Shown here: piece by piece, positions 13,688 to 25,715 of the stretch
How the letters are laid out: each line of letters begins with the position of its first letter
Numbering within the stretch: the first letter of the stretch is position 1
Source of the DNA: Octopus sinensis
Lineage: Eukaryota
Direction of reading: 5' to 3'
NCBI RefSeq assembly: GCF_006345805.1
Contig: NC_043013.1
Coordinates: 24,986,001-25,050,000, forward strand
Length of the DNA: 64,000 nt
Notes under the pieces: generated by a model
What the model was told of the DNA's origin: nothing
Databases searched by the model: none
Seen by the model: only the letters and a program-made list of their open reading frames with translations
Program-made: the position numbers and the translations under genes

Positions 13688-14046
13688 TTATTCTTTTATT
13701 TGTTTCAGTCATTTGACTGCAGCCATGCTGGAGCACCGACCGCCTTTAGTTAAACAAGTCGACCCCGGGACTTATCCTTTGTAAGCCTAGTTCTTATTTT
13801 ATCGGTCTTTTTTTGCCAAACTGCTAAGTTACAGGGACATAAACACACCAGCATTGGTTGTCAAGCAATGGGAGAGGGGTAAACATAGACACATATACAT
13901 ATATATACAAAGGGCTTCTTTCAGTTTCCATCTACCAAATTCACTCAGAAGGGTTTTGTCAGCCCAAGATGCCATGCAGTGAGACAGAATCCAGAACCAT
14001 GTGGTTAGGAAGCAACCTTCTTACACCCACATCCACACCTGTGCCT
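13688..14046 (-). mobile_element. SINE family A copy on the downstream side of ECD exon 3
   Basis: Full two-part element homologous to 58505-58845; a second same-orientation copy lies at 14836-15229. Confidence 0.85.
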
Positions 14047-14058
14047 CAAATACAACTA

Positions 14059-14349
<291 letters not shown>

Positions 14350-16967
14350 TCAGACAGATATTTGTTGATGCAGATTTTCTAAAGCTGGATGCCCTTCCTG
14401 TCACCTACCCTCACTTGTTTCCAAGCAAGCTAATATTTCCCCACTGCCAGACATGTATTCTACAAAAGACTGGAATCAAACAACATTGCTCGTATGACAC
14501 AGATGTTTGTTTAAAATAATCCCATGATGTCAGAGCAAGGGTGCATACAAACACTGACATATATGAAGAGCTTACTTTGAAATCCAGTGTAAGTGCATAT
14601 TTGACCAATTTCATGATAACCATTAAAACACAATCTATAAACTGCTGGCTTCATGCACATGAAATGTTTTTCAGTCAAAATGGGATAAATGCCATATAGA
14701 AAGGAGGCAAATCTTAGTCTTCCAATCAAAATCAGATATATTTAAGTTGTTGCTTTAGACAATTGCTCAAAAGTCATTTCGATGCATAGATCTGGTTTTG
14801 AATGTAGGCTCACGTGCACACACACAGACACATGTATATTCTTTTATCTGTTTCAGTCATTTTGACTGCGGCCATGCTGGAGCACCGTCTTTAGTCAAAC
14901 AAATCGATCCCAAGACTTGTTCTTTGTAAGCCTAGTACTTATTCTACTGGTCTCTTTTTACTGAATGCGAAGTAATGAGGATTCAAACACACCAGCATCG
15001 GTTGTCAAGCGATGATGGAGGGACAAACACAGACATATACATACATACATATATATATATATATATGACGGGCTTCTTTCAGTTTCCATCTACCAAATCC
15101 ATTCACAAGGCTGTGGCCAACCTGAGGCTATAGTAGAAGACACTTGCCCAAGGTGCCATGCAGTGGGACAGAACCCAGAACCAGGTGGTTGGTAAGCAAC
15201 CTACTTACTACACACTCACTCATGTGCCTATGTCAAGCTTCTTTCAGTTTCTGTCAACCAAAATCCACTCACAAGCCTTTGGTCAGCTCAGGGCTGTAGA
15301 AGACACTTGTCCAAGATGTTGCACAGTGGGACTGAACCTGAGACCACAAAATTGGAAAGTAAGCTTTTTAATAATTTAGCTATGTCTGCATCATCATCAT
15401 CATTTACCATCCATTGTCCATGCTGGCATGGGTTGTACGGTTTGACCATGGCTGGTAAGATGAGGGGCTGCACCAGACTCCAGTCTGATTTGGCATGCTT
15501 TCGACAGCAGGATGCCCCTCCAAACGCCCACCACTCCAAGAGAATACTGGTTGCTTTTATGAGCCAATTGCATGACACCAGTATCTGCCACAACTTGATG
15601 GGTCTTCTGCTCAACCATGGCATAAGGCCAAAGGTCTCAGTCATTTGTCATTGCCTCTGTGAGGCAACCACATTTTTAAATTCTAGACAAAATTTTGGGA
15701 AAATGACAATGATACAAATTTGAGTGGATCTTTGTAGCTATGAACTTGTGTAAACTTTAGTGAAACTCAAGAGAATGATACTTACTGAACAGCCAGGAAG
15801 GTTTGAATAATGTCATTAAGACTGAATTGTTTGTAGCCAGACACAATTGAAATGGTCCAGTCTGTCTACCTTTAATTAGAGACCACAGAGGTGGACTAAC
15901 TTAAAAATGTAAATAGTAAAGTACAGCACTGTAAAATAGATGTGTTGTTGGATTGGCTGGCAGTGTTAAATTCCATTGCAACAGCAGGCAAAGTCACAAG
16001 GGTTCCAACAAGGAGTGTCAGAGATTTGTCATTTGCTTGAGCAAAGATCTGAAACCAACACTTAGCTGGTCCTACACAGAGGGTCACAGTCTTTCTATAT
16101 ATTACTAAAACTCTGTGATTGCTTGCTTGCATGCTTGCTTGCATGCATTCATGCGTGCTTGTCTGTAATTTAATACAGCCCAACCAGCACTTAATGAGAA
16201 AATATTCTGAAAGTAAGGCACCCCTGAAATGTGAATACAAACAGAAAACAGGTTTCATGTAAATTGGACCATGGATTCCTGTGATATGCGTTTTGGGGGG
16301 TACCTTCAAAAATAGCCAAAATGGCATATAATGGAAAAATACTCCAAAAGTAACATAACTCTGAAATGGGAATACAAACGGAATAAAACGGCCACAGATA
16401 GTCTAGTAACTTTTCAAAAGTGCCTAGACTGGGATAAAAACCCATAACTTGGTGAAGTTTACGCAGTTAATATTTCCTTTGAATTAATATAGGTTGATGC
16501 TGTTGTTTAGTACAGGTTAGACCCTGACAGAGCAACCACATGATACTTCAGCCCATGATCAAGCTACCTTCTTGTCAAGTTGTAGTATATCTAAGACAAC
16601 AGGATATGATTTGTGGGAGATTTGGCTGCCGTTTCTAGCAGACTGAGCAACCACATATATGCATGTAACAAACTATGAGAGGGGTGGGTTAATTATTATC
16701 GATGATCAATTTAACTCTAACACTTTACTGGTAATCATTCAAATGTTTCTTTAGCCCTGGTGGGGTAAAATGCAGGGTCACCTACAGTGAGTTTTGAACT
16801 CAGAACTCAATCAAAATACCACCCAGCCAACATTCTTGAAAATAAGAAATATACAAACATCAATAGATATATACACACATGCCTGCATACATATATACAC
16901 ACATACATGCATACATACATACATATACATCATACACACATACATACACATTCCAACACATATACAC

Positions 16968-17030
<63 letters not shown>

Positions 17031-17334
17031 CATACATACATACATACATACATACATACATACATACATACATACACATACACACATTAATTTTTCTTGC
17101 CCTTGGCATTCTCTAGTCCCTTCTTCCATACAATATTTACCAATGACCAATCAGCAAGTTACATCCTGCTTAGAATTCAAACTTTGCCTTTTAATAGTCA
17201 ATAAAATTACACAGCATCTGAACTCAACTTAGAAATACCATCCCTAAAAACTTTGTGGCTTTGTTCTAATACGAGGAATCAATATTTATTGATGTATGTC
17301 AATGCATACACACACGGCCTATAAAGGAGTCATC

Positions 17335-17377
17335 CTATAAATAGACAGACAGACAGATAGATAGATAGATAGATAAT

Positions 17378-17471
<94 letters not shown>

Positions 17472-17740
17472 GGTAGGTAGATAGGTAGGTAGATAGAGAT
17501 AGATAGATAGACAGCTAGATAGACAGACAGGTAGGTAGATAGGTAGGTAGATATATAGGTCAACATACATACATACATAGACAGATAACTAGACAGACAG
17601 ACAGATAGATACATACATACATACATAGACAGATAGCTAGACAGATAGATAGATAGATAGACAGCTAGACAGACAGATAGATAGATAGACAGCTAGACAG
17701 ACAGATAGATAGACAGCTAGACAGACAGATAGATAGATAG

Positions 17741-17792
<52 letters not shown>

Positions 17793-17831
17793 GAGATAGA
17801 TAGGTAGATAGATAGACAGATAGATAGACAA

Positions 17832-17864
<33 letters not shown>

Positions 17865-17875
17865 TAGATATGTAG
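17335..17875. repeat. (GATA)n/(GACA)n compound microsatellite
   Basis: Directly visible tetranucleotide array. Confidence 0.97.
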
Positions 17876-18439
17876 GTCAACTTTGCCTTTTCCCTTCCAA
17901 AGTCAATAAAATATATACTAAAGTGTTGGAGGCCAGCATAATAAGACTAAACCCCCTGAAGCTTAATATCCCAGTAGAAAGCAAGGCGTGCACACACACA
18001 CACACACACACACACTCACTTTTGGCCAGCTCTGCTCCCTTCCTCCCTACCCTCTCCCCCTCCACTCTCCTTACCACAACCCACCACCATCTTCACAACA
18101 GCCACAGACTTGTGCCACTGTGCCAACCATTTCAAGTAATTCAAAGTCAGCCATCAAAGTCAGACCAACCATTCTCCTGAATCCCACTCAGCCATCTCCC
18201 CTAAGTTGTCCTCTGCTAACAATATATTAGTTGCAGCAAGAATGACTACCACCACTACTACTACTACTGCTACTACTAGTACTACTACTAATACTGTGTA
18301 TGTCAGCAGACAAAAGTCCATTGGTTCTTTGTTTTCAATAAATGAATTATTTGTAGCTTACTGATCATGCTGTAGAACAATATTATTGGAGAAATGGATA
18401 GAATTCTTTGAGGATCAATCAATAGTGGAGGAGAGATTT

Positions 18440-18487
<48 letters not shown>

Positions 18488-18639
18488 ACACACACACACA
18501 ATCACACTGCAATCAATACAAAAGTAACCCTGCTCTCACTGAACCTGAAGTATGCAGGAAAAATTCATGTGCTTACAAGCTGGGGATAGTTTATTCTGAA
18601 ACACACCCACACACACACATGCTATCCATCTACACACAC

Positions 18640-18738
18640 ACACATACAGACAGATAGACAGATAGATAGATGATAGGCAGACAGACAGATGATAGACAGA
18701 TAGATAGACAGATGATAGATGATAGAGAGACAGACAGG

Positions 18739-18821
<83 letters not shown>

Positions 18822-18852
18822 CAGATGATAGATACAGACAGATGATAGATAG

Positions 18853-18889
<37 letters not shown>

Positions 18890-18908
18890 TGATAGATAGA
18901 TAGTCAGA

Positions 18909-18949
<41 letters not shown>

Positions 18950-19160
18950 GATGATAGACAGACAGACAGACAGATAGATGGTCAGATAGATAGATAGAGA
19001 GATGATAGACAGATGATAGACAGACAGAGAGATTATAGACAGGCAGACAGACAGACAGATGATAGATAGAAAGACAGACAGACAGATACAGAGATAGATA
19101 GAGACAGATGGATACAGAGATAGACAGACAGATACAGAGATAGATAGATAGATAGATTTT
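18640..19160. repeat. (GATA)n/(GA)n compound microsatellite
   Basis: Directly visible array. Confidence 0.97.
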
Positions 19161-21438
19161 TATCAATATTTAGCAGAAGGAACAGTAACTCAAGGTCCAA
19201 GAGTTTCATGCATTGACACTATATACACAGATAGGTAAGTATAGATATGTTGTGCTTGAGAAAACCCATCAAGCTGGGCAAAATCACAGTCATGGCAGAT
19301 ACTAGTGTCACACAAGTGGCACCTGTGCCAGTGGAACATAAAATCACCCATTACACTCTGGGAGACGGCTTTAGGAAGGGCATCTAGCCATAGAAAACTC
19401 ATGCCAAATCAGACTGGAGTCTAGTGTAACCTTCCAGCATGCCAGCCCGGTCAAACCAACCAACCCATGCCAGCATGGACAACAGATGTATGATGATGAT
19501 GATGGATAGATGGATAGACAGACAGACAGATAGATAGATAGAGTGAGAGAGAGATAAATAGATAGATTAACAGCCATTTTTCACAGAGAGCAAGCTTATT
19601 TATTTATGTAGCCAGATACACACACACACACACACACACACAAGCATTCATACATCTATCATTACATGAAGAATGTGGGAACAAACACATTCACACCAAT
19701 TACTTGTGAAAATAATAATCACATTTGTAAACATTTGCCACAATACCACGAGACTCTGTAGGTCAAACACAGATACAAAATTACAAAAATACACGAAACA
19801 AACCAGCAGAATAGTTTGTTGGAAATGATATTAAAATAACTCATCACTTTATCTTTAACACTGACAACATTTGTGTCTAGCAACACTTATGCTCGCTACC
19901 AGCATTCAGACTCCAGTCTCTCGAGTCTCAAACACAAACAATTCATGAGATAAAGAAAAAAAAAATCTGTCTCAAGATATACTCCTTATAAACGATTAAT
20001 TTCATGCTTTTATCTTCTGCCTATTATCTTTTACTTGCTTCAGCCATTTGACTGCAGGCCATGCTGGGGCACCACATTGAGAGGTTTTGTCTAAGAAAAT
20101 AACTTATTATTGTTATTATTATTAATGAAAGTGATGAGCTGGCAGAATTGTCAGTACGCCGCCGGATGAAATGCTTGGCCGTCGTTTGCTTGTCGCTACG
20201 TTCTGAGTTCAAATTCCGCCAAGGTCGACTTTACCCATCATCCTTTCGAAGTCAATAAAATAAGTACCTATTTCTTTACTACCCACAAGGGGCTAAACAC
20301 AGAGGGGACAAACAAGAACAGACAAACGGATTAAGTCGATTATATCGACCCCAGTGCGTAACTGGTACTTATTTAATCAACCCCGAAAGGATGAAAGGCA
20401 AAGTCGACCTCGGCGGAATTTGAAATAAAATAAGTACCAGTTGAACTCTGGGGGTCAACCTAATCAACTTATCCCCACCTCACCACAAACCACCCTTGTG
20501 GCAAAGATTTGAAACCGTTATTATTATTATTACTTTTTACTGTGTTATATTCTTTTATTCTTTTACTCATTTCGGTCAATTGACTGCAGCCATACTGGAG
20601 ACACCACCTTTACTCGATGGAATAAACTGACCCCAGAACTTATTCTTTGTAAGCCTAGTACTTATTCTATTGGTCACTTTTGTCGAACCACTAAGTTACG
20701 TAAAGTTAAACATACCAACATCAGTTCTCATGTCAAACAATGGTAGGGGGGGACAAACACACATAAATATATACATAAATATATATATATAAAACTGAAA
20801 GAAGCCTGTCGTATATATGTATCATCATCATCATCATAAAGCGGACGCTAAATGATGATGATGATGATACATATATACGACAGGCTTCTTTCAGTTTCTG
20901 TCTACTAAATCTATGCACAAGGCTTTGGTCAGCCCAAGGCTATAGTAGAAGACATTTGCCAAAGGTGCCATGCAGTGGGACTGAACCCAGAACCATGTGG
21001 TTGAGAAGCAAGCTTCTTACCACACAGCTACTCCTGCACCTATTGCTTTTTTCTTTTCTTTTGAAGCTAGATACTTATTTTATCAGTCTTTTTTTGCCGA
21101 ACTACTAAGTCTTTGCAATGTAAACAAGCCAGCACTGTTTGTGAAGCCATGGTAAAGAACAAACACAAAGATATACATAAATGCAAATGTATATAGATAT
21201 GTATATCATCATCATCATCATCACCATTTAATATCTGTTGCCCACGGGTTGGACGGTTTGACCAGGGCTGGCAAGCTAAATGGCTGCACCAGATTTGGCA
21301 TGGTTTCTATGGCTGCATGCCCTACCCAATGTTAACCATTCTGAGAGTGTAATGGGTGCTTTTATGTACCACTGGCACAATTTCATTTGGCTTGATGGGT
21401 CTTCTGCCCAAGCACAGTGTGTGTATGCATGTATGTGC

Positions 21439-21474
<36 letters not shown>

Positions 21475-22309
21475 TCATCATCATCGTTTAATGTCCGCTT
21501 TCCATATCGGCATGGGTTGGACGGTTTGACTGAGAACTGATGAGCCAGAGGCTGTACCAGGCTCAATCTGGTCTGGCAAAGTTTCTACAGCTGGACGCCC
21601 TTCCTAATGCCAACCACTCTGAGAGTGTAGTGGGTGCTTTTTACATGCCAGTGGCACGAGGGCCAGTCAGGCAGTTCTAGCAATGACCACGCTCACGCTC
21701 AAAAGGTGTTTTTACATGCTACTTGCACAGGAGCCAGTCCGCCGGCACTGAAAACAACCACGCTTGAATGTTAAGGCAACGCTGACAACAATCATGCTCA
21801 AATGGTGCTTCTCACATGTCAACATTACTTGACAACCGATGCTGGTAGGTTTATATTCTCGTAACTTAGCAGTTCAACAAAAGTGACCAATAGAATAAGT
21901 TCTAGGCTAACAAATAATAAGTCCTGGGGCCGATTTGCTCAACTAAAGGCGGTACTCCAGTATGGCCACAATCAAATGACTGAAACAAGTAAAAGAGTAA
22001 AAGAACATATATAATAATAATAATATTAAGTAACAAGAAGAGGGATTTGGTATTAATCTTCATTTTGTACAAAGATTAAAATACCAAATCTATCTTCTGG
22101 TTACTTAAGAAATTATTATTATTATCTCAACTAACACTGCAGAATTCCTGAAGTAGATCCAACAGAGATATAGCCCGACTGCAGATGACATCGGGTAGCC
22201 TAAACTGTGCCAGTTCTCTACTCAACACTTCAACTCACCAATCAATATACCCATTAGTCCAAAAATATTAAATACATATATAATAATAATAATAAATAAC
22301 TGTGCCCTT

Positions 22310-22544
22310 TTAAAGCCTAACCAGGCTCATGGGCCCAGTTTCCCAGTTTCTATGGCGTATGTGTTCCCCAGCTGGATGGGATGCCAGTCCATCGCAGCGT
22401 TACTCATTTTTGCCAGCTGAGTGGACTGGAGCAACATGAAATGAAGTGTTTTGCTCAAGAACACAACGTGTCGCCTGGTTCAGGAATCGAAACCACAATC
22501 TTACGATCATGATGCTGACACCCTAACCACTAAACCATGTGCCT

Positions 22545-22545
<1 letters not shown>
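22310..22545 (-). mobile_element. tRNA-headed SINE with V-domain-like segment
   Basis: Head GGAGGCACATGGTTTAGTGG...GGTTTCGATTCC; internal GCGATGGACTGGCATCCCATCCAG resembles the V-SINE domain as recalled. A split copy lies at 35770-36385. Confidence 0.65.
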
Positions 22546-22597
<52 letters not shown>

Positions 22598-22691
22598 AAT
22601 ATAGGGAGAGTTTACGAAAAAAACAAAAGACGATAGGTGGTGTACAAAACAAACAGATGTATTAGTATAACGCTTAGGAATAGAAAAAAGT

Positions 22692-22727
22692 CTTTTACGT
22701 TTCGAGCCTACACTCTTCTACAGAAAG
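22692..22727 (-). ncRNA. Minimal hammerhead ribozyme motif, variant core CTGTAGA
   Basis: CTTT / CTGTAGA / A / GAGT-GTAG-GCTC / GAAAC-GTA / AAAG. 4-bp stem I, 4-bp stem II (one U-G), palindromic ACGT in place of stem III. Confidence 0.6.
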
Positions 22728-22887
22728 GGACACAGAAAAAACAAGGAGAGAAAAAAATGTGTGTAGTGGCTAACGATCTATATATATATATATATATATA
22801 TATAGTTAATCCCCTCCACAAAAAAAAAAAGCAACAACGCATGGACATGCAAAGTATTAGCAGACGTTCAGGACAGGAAAGAAAGGT

Positions 22888-22926
22888 GGTTGTATGTTTC
22901 AAGCAAAGCTCGTCTTCAGGAACAAC
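22888..22926 (-). ncRNA. Degenerate minimal hammerhead ribozyme motif
   Basis: GTTGTTC / CTGAAGA / C / GAGC-TTT-GCTT / GAAAC-ATA / CAAC. Canonical core; ACGT palindrome apparently decayed to ACAT; stem I imperfect. Confidence 0.45.
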
Positions 22927-23057
22927 AGACAGAGGAAAGTTCAAGAAAAAAGGATGACGGAGTAAAAAAAAAAATCTTAACGATCCATACGTGGTAACAT
23001 TTTGAAATATATATGTGGAGATCCACATGTCGTTACATATATATATATATATATATA

Positions 23058-23115
<58 letters not shown>

Positions 23116-23285
23116 AGAGAAATAGACAGACATGATGAGCATTTTTTAAGTTTCTGACTGCCAAATCCACTCACAAGGCTTTGGTTAGTCTGGGGCTACA
23201 GTAAAAAACACTTGTCTATGTGTCTGTGAAGTAAACTTCTTACCATGCAACAATGCCTACGCCTATAAAGAATAAATTGTAAAAC

Positions 23286-23358
23286 TGTCAAAACCTGGAA
23301 CTGAACCAGGAACCTTTAGCTCTTCAGTCTAACACTCTCCAAACTGAGCTACTTCAGC
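23286..23358 (-). pseudogene. tRNA-Phe(GAA) pseudogene
   Basis: 73 nt, GCTGAAGTAGCTCAGTTTGGAGAGTGTTAGACTGAAGAGCTAAAGGTTCCTGGTTCAGTTCCAGGTTTTGACA. About 12 differences from canonical metazoan tRNA-Phe, several being CpG transitions. Acceptor stem and T-loop damaged; T-run follows; no CCA. Confidence 0.9.
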
Positions 23359-23945
23359 TGCCTATCTATCTAGGTTATATATCCATCTTATACAGAATAT
23401 TACAGCTTCTGACTGCCATATTGATTGCACTTTAGTTCAATTTTACTTATAATTTTCGCACCTTCGTGTCAATTTTCAATGCAGTTATTGATCTTCTCAG
23501 ACTCAATCTTGTTATTAATATCTCACTTCTTCACACAATTCCACAAGACAGAATCCTTAGAAACACTGTAGTCTGCAATCTTCCAAGACAAATACAGAAC
23601 AGCAGCTTTAAGGAACCATGGTTGAAGAAGTGGTTTTTCTTCTTTTTCTTTTCTTTTTAGCTTAAGAAATTAGTTTTGTTGTCATTGTTGTTGTTGTCAG
23701 TCAGTTACAAGCATGGTTGTGTGGTTAGGAAGCTCACTTTGCAACCAAGTGACTTCAGGTTCAATCTCCTGAATGGCACCTGGGGAAAGTGTCTTCTACT
23801 ACAGCCTTGCAAATGAATTTGATTAATGGAAACTATACGGAAGCCTGTTATATATTATTGTGTTTGGGGAGAATAATGTCTTCATTTTAAACTTTATTTA
23901 TTATGTTGTCTGTATGTCTGGTGAAATTTTGTTGGTAGGCTAATA

Positions 23946-24329
23946 CAGTAGGACCTCGCAATACAAGTGCCCCATTGTACGAGGAATTTGCTGTGCGAGC
24001 CGAAACTCGTGCCAATTTTTGTTTTGAAGTACGGGCAGAAATCTGCAGTACATGCACACAAATCATCCCATCTTTCAGGTAATTAAGGTAATTCAGTTAA
24101 TAATATTTCTTTTGCATTCTCTTTTTATATAATTGTCATTTTACTTGTAACAGCACCTTTTCTGTTTTAAAACCCAGAAAATATCATTTTTGAGTGGTTT
24201 TGGGGAGCTGCAACAGATTATTTATATTATAGCTGATTGCAACGGGGGAAAATTGATTTATAAAACATGTAAATCATAAGACAAGCTTGGTCATGGAATG
24301 AATTTAACTTGTAGTGCAAGGTAGTACTG
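23946..24329. mobile_element. Tigger/pogo-type MITE
   Basis: TA flanks; 23-bp TIRs CAGTAGGACCTCGCAATACAAGT versus reverse complement CAGTACTACCTTGCACTACAAGT (19/23). Confidence 0.8.
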
Positions 24330-24676
24330 TACTAGTATTATAAAAAAAAAAATTTGAACAGTTGGAAGAGCATAGCTTTTGCTGAGAATGTAGGGCACGT
24401 GATGTACTCACATTAAAGAGCGTTACAAATATCTGTCAAACCATTTAAGGTATTCTGTTACCACACAACATAATGTTCACCTGACATACAACATAATGCA
24501 GTCACACCACAGAAAGCAATATATGCTCGTATCAACATAAAACATACATTCATACAACAATATTATTTACATTCATACTGAAATATAATATACAGACTGG
24601 GTGCCCCACCATCCTCCACCACAAAAAATGTACATACACTTACTGCTGAGACCTCAATTTTTATTTCTTTTTAGAT

Positions 24677-24899
24677 TTAACCCTTTAGCATTTAAACCTG
24701 CCAAGCCAAGTATTGTACATGTTTCATGTTCAAACTAACCAGATCCAGCCTCTCACATCTGCCCTACAATGTCATTCTAAAAATAAACAATCACGTCATT
24801 GAAATCTCAAGGCTATGAGATAAGCCCTGATTAATTCAAAACAATGTAAGTATATAAGTATTGCATGTGACAGAATAATCTGAATGCCGAAGGGGTTAA
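24677..24899 (+). mobile_element. piggyBac-type MITE, family 2
   Basis: TTAA-CCCTTTAGCATT ... AATGCCGAAGGGG-TTAA. Related copies near 8435-8652, 34800-35020 (-) and 51860-52195 (-). Confidence 0.8.
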
Positions 24900-24947
24900 C
24901 CCATTAAAAATAAGGAAGGAAGCCAAATACAGCTTTGAACATAGAAA

Positions 24948-25352
24948 AATAGTTCTATATTTTAGAGATGAGGAATTATGCACATTATTTACAATGGACG
25001 GATAGGTGTCCCCCACCTTGTTCGTTGTTACCACAACGTTTCAACTGATGTACTCTCCAGCCTTCATCAGGTACAATTTCAAACCCAACCCTTTATGATT
25101 TATTTATACCCATGGGCATATAGCATAGTGGTTAAGAGCATGGGCTACTAACCCCAAGATTCTGGGTTCAATCCCAGGAAGCGACTTGACTAAATAGTAA
25201 TACTAAAATCAGTTAAAAATACCTTAGGAGTGAGAACAGAGTACCCCATTAGCCAAATAAAGGGTTGGGTTCAAAATTCCAGAGTACATAAGCCGAAACA
25301 TTGTGGTAACAATAAACAAGGTGAGGACACCTATCTATCCATTGTAAATAAT
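24948..25352 (+). mobile_element. tRNA-headed SINE-like element with Penelope-like tail and inverted tail duplication
   Basis: Head 25114-25185 has A box TAGCATAGTGG, loop CTACTAA and T arm CTGGG-TTCAAT-CCCAG, resembling tRNA-Thr(AGT). Tail 25256-25352 (+) is inverted-duplicated at 24982-25097 (-); the minus copy carries the hammerhead. Confidence 0.7.
25030..25075 (-). ncRNA. Minimal hammerhead ribozyme motif in a Penelope-like tail
   Basis: TAC / CTGATGA / A / GGCTG-GAGAGTACAT-CAGTT / GAAAC-GTT / GTG. Canonical core, AACGTT palindrome, GUU triplet; stem I only 3 bp. Confidence 0.65.
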
Positions 25353-25355
25353 GTA

Positions 25356-25612
25356 GAAAAATATATTCTAAAGTTCTACTGGAAAGTTGAAAATGCAGTT
25401 GAAGTACAAAGACAGTTTGGAGGAGAGTGGTTCAAACAGATCCATCGACATGACTTAGCATCATTTGGTTTGAAGATGATGGAACTATTCAGAACAACCA
25501 CAAGAAGTATTCTAAAAAACTGCAGGCATCAATGGACCCCCACAAAGCAAGAAAGGGTATTAGAAACTTTGTCAGAGTTCAAGAAAATTTGTGCAGCAAG
25601 CAAGTCATGAGA
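25356..25612 (+). mobile_element. Tc1/mariner transposase N-terminal (DUF4817-like HTH) fragment
   Basis: KYILKFYWKVENAVEVQRQF, then in shifted frames FEDDGTIQN and PTKQERVLET. Frameshifted. Confidence 0.75.
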
Positions 25613-25631
25613 TATGAATTTCAAGATATAT

Positions 25632-25715
<84 letters not shown>

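Larger units (their letters stand above)
22605..23035 (-). mobile_element. Two adjacent Penelope-like terminal-repeat fragments separated by (TA)n
   Basis: Segments 22605-22777 and 22805-23035 each carry one minus-strand hammerhead motif and are bounded by TA repeats. Confidence 0.5.

Noticed and set aside
16787-19166. Many YI/HT/LSIY-repeat ORFs (also near 1.9, 3.0, 25.7, 46.5 and 55.5 kb)
   Set aside because: Microsatellite translations.
21530-21575. CTGATGA followed by a GCC/GGC stem
   Set aside because: No GAAA after the stem; part of a family B element.
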